This document shows positions 46,565-57,095 of a DNA stretch of 64,000 nt, in pieces. The position numbers were made by a program, and so were the translations under genes. Source of the DNA: an uncultured delta proteobacterium (lineage in GTDB: Bacteria; Desulfobacterota; Binatia; UBA9968); assembly GCA_963728565.1 (NCBI GenBank), contig CAVSLC010000018.1, forward strand, positions 1-64,000. Direction: 5' to 3'. Numbering within the stretch: position 1 is the stretch's first letter; every line of letters begins with the position of its first letter. The notes under the pieces were generated by a model. That model did no database searches, was not told where the DNA came from, and saw only the letters and a list, made by a program, of their open reading frames with translations.

Positions 46565-47374
46565 TCAGACTCTCTGCTCCCATTTCAACAGTGATAAAAA
46601 ATTGCTCGAGAAAACTTTTCTCAAGTCCTCCTGATTGAGTTTGGCGGCCCGGGTTACGTGTCTCGATATTTTTTCAACTTCCATGGACAATGGATTGTAA
46701 GGATGATCGGAGCCAAAGAGGATCTTGCTTGTGCCAACGCCGCGAAAGGCCTCGAGCAGCAGCGGCATCCAACCCACGACTGACGTTTCCAGAAAAATAT
46801 TTTCATTCTGCCGAGCCACCGCCACCGCCAACTTTACATATTCCGAAACACCCATGTGGCCGAGAATAACCGGGACATCTTTATACTTGGCGGCGAGCTC
46901 TGCGATAACCCCTGGTGATGCCTTGCTCGACATTCCAGTATGGAAAATAATCGGCACATGATAGCGCCGAGCCGCAGCATAAATCGGCTCCATTAACTCC
47001 GCTTCGTTCGGATCGAAGAACTCGATCTCCGGATGGAGTTTGATTCCCTTCAGTTTGAGATTACCCAGGCAATGCTCCAGCGCATCCGCCGAAGCCTGCG
47101 GGCCAAAATTAGGATTGATCCTGCAGAAACTGATGATACGTGTGGGATGCTTGGCCATTTCCTCCGCCATGATTTGGTTTGCCTCTGAATAGTCCGTGTA
47201 TGAAGCTCCCAGAGGAAAGGCCACGGCACAATCGAGGCCTGCTTCGTCGAGATTACGGACTAAATCATCGCCAAGAAAACTCGCCACTCCGTGGCCCAAT
47301 GGGGTTTTGCGCCGCCCCAAGTGAGAATGGGCGTCGACCGCGTAATATTCAGAATCGTTAATGCGTAAAGCCAT
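46565..47374 (-). CDS. Amidohydrolase_2 family protein
   Basis: DAHSH, GIKLHP, FHTG, GHMG, FGSDHP. Confidence 0.88.
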   Translation of the reverse strand: MALRINDSEYYAVDAHSHLGRRKTPLGHGVASFLGDDLVRNLDEAGLDCAVAFPLGASYTDYSEANQIMAEEMAKHPTRIISFCRINPNFGPQASADALEHCLGNLKLKGIKLHPEIEFFDPNEAELMEPIYAAARRYHVPIIFHTGMSSKASPGVIAELAAKYKDVPVILGHMGVSEYVKLAVAVARQNENIFLETSVVGWMPLLLEAFRGVGTSKILFGSDHPYNPLSMEVEKISRHVTRAAKLNQEDLRKVFSSNFLSLLKWEQRV

Positions 47375-47720
47375 TTAAGATCTCCTTCATCCGACTAGGA
47401 CGCCGTGATCAACGCTTCATACGAATGTCGCGTCATCTGAAAATTCCTACCGACCTAAATTATCGGATTTGAACTCAACAAACCATTGGGACGGTTGCGG
47501 GCAATCGGCAGCAACTATTGCGCCAGCTCTAATATGGTTCATAAGCCCTGTCAACCAATGGGAGTTTGGCGCTCCTGGTTTGCTTGTGCAAATGTCTTTG
47601 AATCGATCCTGATGATCCGGCCGAGCGCTCGCCCGGGAACTTGGCTGATGAGAGAAGTTTTTGTGGTGTCATAATCAGCGAAATTCTAGCCGGCAGCTAC
47701 TGGCGACGCTTGAGAAAAAC

Positions 47721-47750
47721 TTGACACGGGTAGTTAGTAAATGCTAACTA
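47721..47750 (+). promoter_or_regulatory. Sigma70 promoter overlapped by a TetR operator
   Basis: TTGACA -35; palindrome TAGTTAG-N6-CTAACTA. Confidence 0.7.
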
Positions 47751-47756
47751 ACCAGT

Positions 47757-48446
47757 ATGGGAAATGTCGCACGGCTGTCGGCAGATCAGAGAAAGCAAGC
47801 GATTGTCGATGCTGTCCGGGACGTTTTTGCCGAGAAAGGGTTTGACGGCACGACCACCCGGGAGCTAGCTAAAGCGGCCGGTGTTTCGGAAGCGCTGCTC
47901 TACAAGCATTTTCCCAGCAAAGAATCTCTTTATGCGGCGATGTTGGATGCCTGCGCCAAAGGACCGGCGTTTGTACAGTTCAAGCGGATCTTGGCGCTTG
48001 AGCCGTCGACTTCAACGTTGGTTTTGATGGTTTATTTCACCATCTCTCACTATGTGCTGCAGCGTCCGGGCGATCCGCACAAAGCGGCGCTGAATTGCCT
48101 GCTCGTACGCAGCCTGCTTGAGGACGGAGCTTTGGTTCGGCTGACACACAAGAAATTTGCCAGCGCGTGGGTCGCCAAGTTCGAGGCTTGCGTGAAGGAA
48201 GCGGTCAAGACCGGAGATATCGACGAGACGCGGTTGCGCCGAGATTTACGGGTTTGGTTTGTGCACCACATTGGGTTCTCGTTGATGCTGCACCTCCATC
48301 CCAAAGTGCCGGCGATTGATTACAACGTGTCCAAGGATGCGTTGGTCGAGCAGGCGACGTGGTTTGCACTTCGGGGGGTAGGTTTGGGAGAAGAAGCAAT
48401 CAAACGTTTTTATAACCCCAAGGCATTATCTCTACTGGGTGATTAA
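47757..48446 (+). CDS. TetR family regulator
   Basis: FAEKGFDGTTTRELAKAAGVSEALLYKHF. Confidence 0.92.
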   Translation: MGNVARLSADQRKQAIVDAVRDVFAEKGFDGTTTRELAKAAGVSEALLYKHFPSKESLYAAMLDACAKGPAFVQFKRILALEPSTSTLVLMVYFTISHYVLQRPGDPHKAALNCLLVRSLLEDGALVRLTHKKFASAWVAKFEACVKEAVKTGDIDETRLRRDLRVWFVHHIGFSLMLHLHPKVPAIDYNVSKDALVEQATWFALRGVGLGEEAIKRFYNPKALSLLGD

Positions 48447-48455
48447 ATTTAATGT

Positions 48456-48473
48456 GGTGAGTAGAAGCTCACC
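48456..48473. promoter_or_regulatory. Second operator-like palindrome
   Basis: GGTGAG-TAGAAG-CTCACC, resembling GTTAG-TAAATG-CTAAC at 47733. Confidence 0.5.
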
Positions 48474-48491
48474 GGAGAATGTGAGAGGAAA

Positions 48492-48938
48492 ATGAAAAAC
48501 AAGACAATGGAACAAAAAGAGACCCATCTAGAAGAAGAACAACAAGAGAAAAGCTTCAGCGCAGAGGATCGCTTGAGCCCATTGTTCCAGCCCGACACTT
48601 TAATGTCGGACGAGTACTTCGCAAACTACCGGAGAAGGATTCCTTTGGAGCCGGAGAAAACCTTGCTGCTGGCCGTTTTGGAAGACGGAGTGCGCACCTT
48701 TCAGGACAATATCTGTGCTGAGACCGGCAAGAAGCGCGTGCTGCTGGACGAAGCCCGCGAGTGGCTTTTCAGCGACGGCTTTGAGCACGTTTTTTCGTTT
48801 AACTCAGTCTGCTCTTCGCTGGGAATTGATCCGGGGTACATCCGTCGCGGCCTGAAGCGCTGGGAGGAGCACACGCGAGCTGCAACAAGGAAGAAGCAGC
48901 GAGTATCCCAAGCTGCTCCTGAACGTCTGGTAGCCTAA
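48492..48938 (+). CDS. Hypothetical protein (PEK.LLLAVLED...W...FSF..VC..LGIDP..IR)
   Basis: Clean ORF with GAGGA RBS. Confidence 0.7.
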   Translation: MKNKTMEQKETHLEEEQQEKSFSAEDRLSPLFQPDTLMSDEYFANYRRRIPLEPEKTLLLAVLEDGVRTFQDNICAETGKKRVLLDEAREWLFSDGFEHVFSFNSVCSSLGIDPGYIRRGLKRWEEHTRAATRKKQRVSQAAPERLVA

Positions 48939-48941
48939 TCG

Positions 48942-50117
48942 ATGAGACGGTTGGCGCTGACTCAGGACGGTGAGAGCCCTCTTAAAGTGAATGAGATTTT
49001 GGGCCTGCTGCTGATTCTGTTCTTGTTCGGATGTGACAGACAAGCGCCCGCCTCTCTCGAGCGTCCGCCCGCGCCGGTTTCCGTCGCTGCCGCGCTGACT
49101 CAAGATGTGCCGATCTATATCGATGCTGTCGGCAAGATTGTCGCCCGAGAGGTGGTTTCCATCCAGCCGCAGGTATCGGGAAGGGTTACGAACATTCATT
49201 TCGCCGACGGCGCCGATGTCAAAGCCGGGGAGGTGCTGTTCACAATCGACCCACGTCCCTATCAGGCCAACCTCAATCAAGCCGAAGCCAATGTCGCCCA
49301 GGCGCAGGCGGCATTGAACCTGGCTAGGACCAACTTCGCCCGGGTTGAAAACCTCAGCGATCCTCGCGCGGTTTCGCGGCAAGACTTCGATGCCAAGAAA
49401 AATTCCGTGGAAGTAGCCGAAGCCCAGCTACGGCAGAATCGCGCCGCGGTGGAAATGGCTCGCTTGAATCTCGAATATTGCACGATCCGCTCGCCAATCG
49501 ATGGGCGCGCCGGGCAGCGGTTGGTGGATCTCGGTAATGTGGTTACGCCGGGCAATAGCCCTCTTTTGGTGATCCAAAGGCTGGATCCGATTTACGCCGA
49601 TTTTACAATTCCCGAGAGCGATCTTACCGAAGTACAGCGTCATATGGCGCGTCGGATGCTGCGCGCGGAGGTTCGGCTTGCCGACGAAATGACTAAAGCG
49701 CGCGAAGGAAAGCTGACCTTTCTCGATAATTCGGTGCAAGAAGGAACCGGCACCGTCAAGTTGCGCGCAACTGTGGAAAACAAGGACCGGCTTTTTTGGC
49801 CAGGGCGGTTTGCCAGAATCCGGTTGATTCTGGACACGCATCAGTCGGCGGTTTTGGTGCCGGCCGACGCGCCGCAACTTTCGGCCAAGGGGTCATTTGT
49901 CTACGTCGTCAAGCAGGACGAAAGCGCCGAGTTGCGGCAGGTGACTGTCGGCCAGCGCCACGGCGACCTAGTCGTCATTCGGCAAGGCGTGAAAGAAGGT
50001 GAGCGCGTCGTCACCAATGGCCAGCTTGGTGTTACCCCCGGCGGCAAGGTTAAGATCGCGGCTCCCGGATCAAAAAAAGGTCCAGCAGCAGCCTCGCAAT
50101 CTGGCATCAAATCATGA
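48942..50117 (+). CDS. RND periplasmic adaptor (MdtA-like)
   Basis: Lipobox LFGC; IRSPIDGRAG; DNSV...TGTVKLRA. Confidence 0.9.
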   Translation: MRRLALTQDGESPLKVNEILGLLLILFLFGCDRQAPASLERPPAPVSVAAALTQDVPIYIDAVGKIVAREVVSIQPQVSGRVTNIHFADGADVKAGEVLFTIDPRPYQANLNQAEANVAQAQAALNLARTNFARVENLSDPRAVSRQDFDAKKNSVEVAEAQLRQNRAAVEMARLNLEYCTIRSPIDGRAGQRLVDLGNVVTPGNSPLLVIQRLDPIYADFTIPESDLTEVQRHMARRMLRAEVRLADEMTKAREGKLTFLDNSVQEGTGTVKLRATVENKDRLFWPGRFARIRLILDTHQSAVLVPADAPQLSAKGSFVYVVKQDESAELRQVTVGQRHGDLVVIRQGVKEGERVVTNGQLGVTPGGKVKIAAPGSKKGPAAASQSGIKS

Positions 50118-53100
50118 GCTTCTCGGAGTTATTCATTCGCCGGCCGGTCATGACGATGGTCTTGACCGTGTCGGTGGTTCTCTTTGGGATTCTCAGTTAC
50201 CTGCGTCTTCCGGTCAACGATTTGCCCGCAGTGGATTATCCCGTCATTCAGGTTCAAGCGAACTATCCGGGCGCCAGCCCCGATACCGTGGCGAACAGTA
50301 TCGCTACGCCTCTCGAGCGTCAGTTCATGCAGATCAACGGGCTCGAGCTGGTGATATCGAAGAGCACCCAGGGACATACCAGCTTGACTTTGCAATTTGC
50401 GTTGGACAAAAGCGTCGATGTAGCGGCCACCGACGTCCAAACGGCAATATCACAGGCCACCGGCAGTTTGCCGGTGGATCTACCTTCGCCACCGACATAC
50501 TCCAAGACCAATCCTAACGATCAACCGATCATGTATATTGCGCTGACCAGCGATTCCGTCACCGTGGGTCAGCTCTACGACTATGCCAGCACTCAAGTAG
50601 GCCAGCGCATTAGCATCCTGCCGGGGGTCAGCCGGGTCAATGTCTTTGGCGCCAAGTCGGCAGTGCGCATCAAAGCCGATCCGTCCGCCATGTGGGCCCG
50701 CGGCATTTCCGTTGAGGATCTCGCTGAAGCGATTCGCAACGGCACCAGCACCATCGGCGCGGGGCAATTCGACGGCTCCGGCGGAACGTTACTGCTTCGC
50801 CCGCAAGGTCAATTGGACGACGCCAAAGAGTATGGCGATCTAATCGTCAGCAGCAAGAACGGCTCGCCGGTTTATTTGCGCGATGTCGCGCAGGTAAAAA
50901 ATTCGGTCCAGGATGAGCGCATCAACATGCGCTTCTGGGTGCGCGGCTATGATCCGCCCGCAGCCACGGTAATTGTCGCGGTTAACCGGAAAGCGGGAGC
51001 CAATGCGGTGGAAGTGGCTCAAAGCGTTCGCCAGCTGCTGCCGCTGATCAGCACCGAGTTGCCGGGATCCGTGAGGGTGACTCCGATCTATGATCGTTCC
51101 CAGACGATCATTCACTCCATTCTCGACGTCCAGTTGACCTTGGCCATCGCCTTCGCGCTGGTGGTACTCGTCATATTTGTCTTTCTCGGCCGCGCCACCG
51201 ACACTTTGATACCCGCGGTGGCTTTGCCGTTGTCCTTGCTGATCACATTCGTGGTCATGGACCTGCTGGAATTCAGCCTTGATAATTTATCGCTCATGGC
51301 CCTCACCTTGGCGATCGGTTTTCTGGTCGACGATGCCATCGTTTTTCTTGAAAATACCGTGCGTCGGATGGAGCACGGCCAAAAAGCTCTCGAAGCAACC
51401 ATCGCCAGCGCTCGAGAGATCAGCTTCACGATCATCTCGATGACCATTTCGCTTGCCGCGGTTTTCATCCCGCTGGTCTTCATGCCGGGACTAGTCGGAC
51501 GGATCTTCCGCGAATTCGCGGTCACTATTGTCGTCGCCATCATCGCCTCGGGCTTGGTTTCGCTGACTTTGACCCCGCTGATGTGCGCTCGGATGTTAAG
51601 CGACCGCGGCAAAGGTTCCAAGCAAACGTGGATGGAAAGGAAGATGAGCGCTTGGGAAAAAAGGTTCCTCGACCGCTATAGCCGCGCCCTCTGGTGGTTT
51701 CTGCGTTTTCGTTGGGTCTCGGCGCTGATCTGGGTTGTTTGTCTGGCAGGTACGGTCTGGCTTTTCATGCTCGTTCCCAAGGCTTTTCTGCCGGCTGGGG
51801 ACAGCAGCTTTATATTCGGGTTGATGATCGGCCGCGAAGGGTCCTCGCCAGGGCAAATGCACCAGCTTCAGAACCAGGCCGACGAAATTCTCCGTGCCGA
51901 TCCAGGTGTCAGAGCCACTTTTACCATGACTGGTAACGGCCAGTTTCTCGCCTCGAACCAGGGCCTGCTCCTGGCGTTTCTTGAAGAACCCGGCAATCGC
52001 GCGCCGATCGAGGATGTAGCCGGGGGGTTGATGGGGAAACTGGCGACGGTGCCGGGGGTGATGCCGTTTATGCGGCCACGTCCGGTGCTCGAGATCAGCA
52101 CCGGCGCGACCAACCAAAATCAGGGGCAGTACGCATTCTCGCTCTCCGGTGTGAACCCCAAGCAAGTTTACGATGTCGCCGGCAAGCTGATGGAGCGTTT
52201 GCGGCCGTATCCGGGCTTTGCCAGTTTATCTTCCGACTATTTCAACAATACGCCGAACCTCGACATCGAAATCAAGCGCGAGGAGGCGCGGCTGCACGGA
52301 GTCTCAGAGGCGCGCATTCTTCAGTTGCTGCGCAGTGCCTATGCACAAAACTATCTTTATCTAATCAAAAAACCCGAAGATCAGTATCAGGTCATTCTGG
52401 AAGCCGAGGATGCGGCTCGCTCTGAAGCGCAAGATCTATCCTTGCTGCACATTAAATCCGACGACGGCAAAAAGCTTGTGCCACTGAACACATTGGTTAC
52501 CTGGAAAGAATCGCTGGGCCCGCAGGCAGTGAATCATCTCAATCAGTTCACCAGTGTCACTCTGTTCTTCAATCTCAGACCGGGAGTCGCAGTCGGCGAA
52601 GCCACAGATTTCATCAACAAAGCGGCGGCAGAAATTGTGCCGCCTACTGTCCGCGCCAGCCTGCAAGGTGAAGCGCAAACTTTTCAGGATACGGTGCGGC
52701 ATTTAACCCTGTTAATGGCCCTGGCTGTATTTGTCATGTACGTAATCCTGGCAATTCTTTATGAAAGCTACTTGCATCCTCTAACCGTTTTATCCACTTT
52801 GCCCACCGCATTGGTGGGAGGTCTGTTAACCCTGTGGCTTTTTGGCGAACAAGCATCGCTCTATGCGTTCGTCGGCATGTTTATGTTGATGGGCATCGTT
52901 AAAAAGAACGGCATCTTGATCGTTGATTTCGCTATCCATCGAGTTATCGCCGGCGAACGGGCCGACCAAGCGATTCACGATGCCAGCCTGGACCGTTTCC
53001 GTCCTATTCTGATGACGACCCTGGCCGCGGTATTTGGCGCGCTGCCGATTGCCTTGGGCATCGGCGCCGACGGCGCCTCGCGCCGGTCGCTGGGGCTGGT

Positions 53101-53257
53101 GATTGTCGGTGGGCTGGTCGTTTCTCAATTCATCACCTTGTTCATCACCCCAGTGATTTATCTCTATCTCGAGCAATTTCAAGAAAACGTGCTCGACCGG
53201 ACCTCGTTCTTTCGATCGCACCGAACCACCTCGACGCCGGCGCTTGGCGCAGACTGA
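50114..53257 (+). CDS. RND permease (MdtB/MdtC-like)
   Basis: FIRRPV, GFLVDDAIV, GIVKKNGI, RFRPILMTT. Confidence 0.93.
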   Translation: MSFSELFIRRPVMTMVLTVSVVLFGILSYLRLPVNDLPAVDYPVIQVQANYPGASPDTVANSIATPLERQFMQINGLELVISKSTQGHTSLTLQFALDKSVDVAATDVQTAISQATGSLPVDLPSPPTYSKTNPNDQPIMYIALTSDSVTVGQLYDYASTQVGQRISILPGVSRVNVFGAKSAVRIKADPSAMWARGISVEDLAEAIRNGTSTIGAGQFDGSGGTLLLRPQGQLDDAKEYGDLIVSSKNGSPVYLRDVAQVKNSVQDERINMRFWVRGYDPPAATVIVAVNRKAGANAVEVAQSVRQLLPLISTELPGSVRVTPIYDRSQTIIHSILDVQLTLAIAFALVVLVIFVFLGRATDTLIPAVALPLSLLITFVVMDLLEFSLDNLSLMALTLAIGFLVDDAIVFLENTVRRMEHGQKALEATIASAREISFTIISMTISLAAVFIPLVFMPGLVGRIFREFAVTIVVAIIASGLVSLTLTPLMCARMLSDRGKGSKQTWMERKMSAWEKRFLDRYSRALWWFLRFRWVSALIWVVCLAGTVWLFMLVPKAFLPAGDSSFIFGLMIGREGSSPGQMHQLQNQADEILRADPGVRATFTMTGNGQFLASNQGLLLAFLEEPGNRAPIEDVAGGLMGKLATVPGVMPFMRPRPVLEISTGATNQNQGQYAFSLSGVNPKQVYDVAGKLMERLRPYPGFASLSSDYFNNTPNLDIEIKREEARLHGVSEARILQLLRSAYAQNYLYLIKKPEDQYQVILEAEDAARSEAQDLSLLHIKSDDGKKLVPLNTLVTWKESLGPQAVNHLNQFTSVTLFFNLRPGVAVGEATDFINKAAAEIVPPTVRASLQGEAQTFQDTVRHLTLLMALAVFVMYVILAILYESYLHPLTVLSTLPTALVGGLLTLWLFGEQASLYAFVGMFMLMGIVKKNGILIVDFAIHRVIAGERADQAIHDASLDRFRPILMTTLAAVFGALPIALGIGADGASRRSLGLVIVGGLVVSQFITLFITPVIYLYLEQFQENVLDRTSFFRSHRTTSTPALGAD

Positions 53258-53376
53258 TAATCGATTCGACCGCCGAGATACAGATTCCCGGCACCTGAGG
53301 ACCGAATGATCGAAGTCCGTTTATTGTTGCGTGTCGCTGCTCTGCTCCATGAGCTGCGCCTGTCCTTGCCGCGGCG

Positions 53377-53408
53377 AAGGAAACTAGTTATACTCAATTA
53401 GTTTCCTT
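53377..53408. promoter_or_regulatory. TetR operator-like inverted repeat
   Basis: AAGGAAACTA-N12-TAGTTTCCTT immediately before the TetR gene. Confidence 0.65.
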
Positions 53409-53416
53409 GGTACTAT

Positions 53417-54055
53417 ATGGCCGTCCCTTCGTCCCGAACCCGAAAGGGTGCCCCGATTCCATCGCACGGCAATGATTCTGCTGCGCGAATCATTGCCGTA
53501 GCGCGGCAACATTTTTTTGCCCACGGTTTTCGCGGCGTCACCATGGATGATCTAGCCGGGGAATTGGGGATGAGCAAGAAAACCCTGTACGCCTCTTTTC
53601 CGACCAAGACCGATCTGTTACGAGCCGTGCTTCTGGACAAATTTCGCCGGGTCGAAGTCGATCTCCAACGCATAGCCGCCGGTTTTCCCAACGAGATGCT
53701 GGGCTCGTTGCGTCAACTGCTGGCATGCCTGCAGCGTCATACCGAAGAAATAAAACCGCCGTTTGTCCGCGACATCAGGCGTGAAGCTCCACAAATGTTC
53801 GAGTTGGTGCAAACCCGGCGACGTCAGGTAATTCAAACTTATTTTGGTTCTTTACTGGACGAATGCCGTAAAGCTGGAGTGGTTCGAAAGGATGTTTCGA
53901 GCCGGCTGATCATCGAAATTCTTCTCGGTGCAACCGAGGCGATTATGAATCCGGCGAGGATGGCCCAACTGGGTCTGACCCCCAGGACGGGATATTCAAC
54001 GATCATCAATGTGGTTTTCGAAGGTGTATTGACTGAAAAGGGGCGCAGACGATGA
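53417..54055 (+). CDS. TetR family regulator
   Basis: GFRGVTMDDLAGELGMSKKTLY. Confidence 0.92.
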   Translation: MAVPSSRTRKGAPIPSHGNDSAARIIAVARQHFFAHGFRGVTMDDLAGELGMSKKTLYASFPTKTDLLRAVLLDKFRRVEVDLQRIAAGFPNEMLGSLRQLLACLQRHTEEIKPPFVRDIRREAPQMFELVQTRRRQVIQTYFGSLLDECRKAGVVRKDVSSRLIIEILLGATEAIMNPARMAQLGLTPRTGYSTIINVVFEGVLTEKGRRR

Positions 54056-54083
54056 CACGCGATGCCGACAGCGTGAGCAGCGG

Positions 54084-55115
54084 GTGCTCATGAGACGGCG
54101 TTTTTTGATCGGCGGACTGATAGCGGTGAGCCTCATTGCCGCAGTCGCAGCCTGGCGGCTGATGCAACGCGAGAGTGCTGCAACGCATCTGACGCTTTAT
54201 GGCGATATCGATCTTCGGCAAGTACAGCTTTCTTTCAACAACAGCGAGCGTATCGCGGCTGTTTTGGTTCAGGAAGGCGATCGTGTCAAGCAAGGTCAGC
54301 TGCTGGCGCGGCTCGATACGGCAAGATTGGAGCCGCAGCTGGCTCAGGCCGAGGCCCAAGCCGCAGCGCAATTGCAAATTGTGAAGCGACTGCGCAGCGG
54401 CAGCCGTCCTGAGGAGATCGCCCAGGCGCGGGCGAACCTGCAAGCGGCGCAGGCTGATCTGGCCAATGCGCGGCAACAGTATGAGCGTTGGAAGAGCGCC
54501 GCCGAAATTTCTGCCGGCCGCGCAGTGCGCCAGCAGGATGTCGACAATGCAAGAACTGCGGTGCAAGTCGCGGAAGCCAGATTAGCGGTAGTCCAGAAAA
54601 CATTGGACCTGGCGATAGCCGGGCCACGCCAGGAAGAAATAAACGAGAACGAAGCGCGGCTAAAAGCATTCGAGGCGCAAGCGAGCCTGCTGCGCCAGCA
54701 ACTAAAAGACGCTCAACTGATCGCGCCCGTGGACGCGGTGATACGCACCCGATTGATGGAGCCGGGAGAGATGGCTTCGCCGCAGCGGCCGGTGTTCTCG
54801 CTGGCGATTACCGATCCAAAGTGGGTCCGCGCCTTCATCTCTGAGCCGGATCTTGGAAAAATCAAATCCGGCATGGCCGCCGCTATCGTTGTGGATAGCT
54901 TTGCCGGTCGGCGGTTCGACGGTTGGATAGGATTCATTTCGCCGGTCGCTGAATTCACGCCAAAAACGGTGCAGACCGAGGAACTGCGAACCAGCCTGGT
55001 GTATGAGGTGCGCGTGTTTGTGAAAGATCCTGACGATGAACTGCGATTGGGAATGCCGGCGAGCGTTTACTTCAGACAAGAACACGGTACGACGAGCGGG
55101 AGACGGGAGAGATGA
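54084..55115 (+). CDS. HlyD-family adaptor (YbhG-like)
   Basis: WVRAF, ISPVAEFTPKTVQTEELRTSLVY. Confidence 0.9.
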   Translation: MLMRRRFLIGGLIAVSLIAAVAAWRLMQRESAATHLTLYGDIDLRQVQLSFNNSERIAAVLVQEGDRVKQGQLLARLDTARLEPQLAQAEAQAAAQLQIVKRLRSGSRPEEIAQARANLQAAQADLANARQQYERWKSAAEISAGRAVRQQDVDNARTAVQVAEARLAVVQKTLDLAIAGPRQEEINENEARLKAFEAQASLLRQQLKDAQLIAPVDAVIRTRLMEPGEMASPQRPVFSLAITDPKWVRAFISEPDLGKIKSGMAAAIVVDSFAGRRFDGWIGFISPVAEFTPKTVQTEELRTSLVYEVRVFVKDPDDELRLGMPASVYFRQEHGTTSGRRER

Positions 55116-57095
55116 GCGCCGTAAATCCCAGCGTCTTGATCGGCCGCGACATTCGCAAGACTTTCCGCCGCGACAGCGGTGAAAAGGTTGAGGCGCTCAA
55201 CCGCGTTTCGATCGAGGTGGCTCATGGCACGTTGACGGCGCTGGTGGGACCCGATGGGGCAGGGAAAACTACCCTGATCCGACTCGCCGCCGGCTTGATC
55301 CGGCCCGACGGCGGCGATCTAAAAGTTCTCGGCATCGATGTCGCTTCCGAGCCGCAACGAGTGCAAGACCGGGTCGGCTATATGCCGCAAAGATTCGGCT
55401 TGTACGAGGATCTTACCGTTCAGGAAAATCTCGATCTCTACGCCGACTTACACGGCGTCTCCATGAAAGAACGGAGCCAGCGGTACCCGAGTTTGATGGA
55501 GATGACCGCGTTGGAGCCTTTCGCCGGGCGATTAGCCGGACGGTTGTCCGGCGGCATGAAGCAGAAACTCGGGCTGGCGTGCACACTGGTGCGCGCGCCG
55601 GAGTTACTGTTGCTGGACGAACCGACAGTCGGTGTCGACCCGCTTTCGCGTCGTGAGTTGTGGAACATCATTCTGCAACTGGTCAACCGGCAAAGCATGA
55701 CGGTATTGCTGAGCACTTCCTATCTCGACGAGGCCGAACGCTGCGGACAGGTGGCCGTAATGCATCACGGCAACATTCTTTCGCATGGTCATCCGCATGA
55801 GATCAGCTCATTAGCTCAAGGCCGGGTATTTCTTGCCGAGCCACCGACGGGCCAGAAGGCCAGAGAATATCAAGCTCGGCTGCTGGACAAGCGGGACGTG
55901 GTGGATGCCGTCCCCGAAGGCGGACGGGTGCGGGTCGTTACAGAAAACCGGGAGGATGGAAGCAGATCCTTGAGAGCAGCTGTTCAGATCCGAGGAAGAG
56001 GAGACAAGGAGACCGAGAGACGAGGCGGTCCCCATCACTTAGACGGCATAGCTATTTCAGCGCAGCCGCGCTTCGAAGATGGCTTTATGGTGCTGCTTAA
56101 AGCAGGCGGGATGATTGAGAGACCAGAAGACACGGGACACAGACATGACGACAAGCAGACATGGGGACAAGGAGCCCAGGAGTCTGTGCCGGACGCTTCC
56201 TCTGCTCAGAATCTTTTCCCTTTCTTGTCTCCTAGTATCAATGTCTCCTTACCTGAATCCCCCGATCACCCGCGCTCTACGTCTTCCCGTCTCCCCGTCT
56301 CCCAGCCTCCGAATGCGGCGGTCGTTCAGGTTGAAAATCTGGTCCGTCGCTTCGGAAGATTTGTCGCCGTCGATCATGTCACATTCGAGGTTCAGCGCGG
56401 CGAAATTTTCGGACTGCTGGGTCCAAATGGGGCGGGCAAGACCACAACCTTTCGCATGCTCTGTGGTTTATTGCCGGCAAGTGAGGGAATGTTGCGGGTA
56501 GCCGGAGCGGATCTGCGCCGCGCACGAGCCTCGGCGCGCCAGCACATCGGCTATGTCGCCCAAAAATTCTCTCTTTATGGGCAGCTCTCGGTCAGCGAGA
56601 ACTTGGAGTTTTTTGCCAGGGCTTATAATCTGCGCGGCGCGCAAAAAGATCGGCGCATCGATTGGGCTCTACAACACTTCGAGCTAGCAGCCTTGGCAAA
56701 CCTGCCAAGCGGCAATCTCCCCGGCGGTTTTAAGCAGCGTTTGGCAATGGCGGCGGCGCTGCTGCATGAGCCAGAAACGCTTTTTCTCGACGAGCCGACC
56801 AGTGGCGCGGATCCTTTGGCCCGGCGCGATTTCTGGCGGCGAATCACCGCGCTCTCCCAAGAAGGAGTGACGGTGGTGATCACGACCCATTTCATGGAAG
56901 AAGCCGAATACTGTGATCGCATCGCAATTCTAGACGCCGGCAGAATACTCGCGCAGGGTACGCCTGCGGCAATTCGCGGCCAGGCGAGTCGAAGAACCGG
57001 GAAGCGAGCCGACCATGGAGGATGCGTTTATAGCGGTGGTCGAACAGGCGCGCGCAAAACAGGCGCAAACCACTGCCGCGCGGGGTGCGGCATGA
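55112..57095 (+). CDS. Dual ABC ATPase (YbhF-like) with repeat-derived linker; frameshift near 56990
   Basis: Two Walker A motifs (GPDGAGKTT, GPNGAGKTT); EPTMEDAFI tail in the alternate frame ending in an ATGA overlap. Confidence 0.85.
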
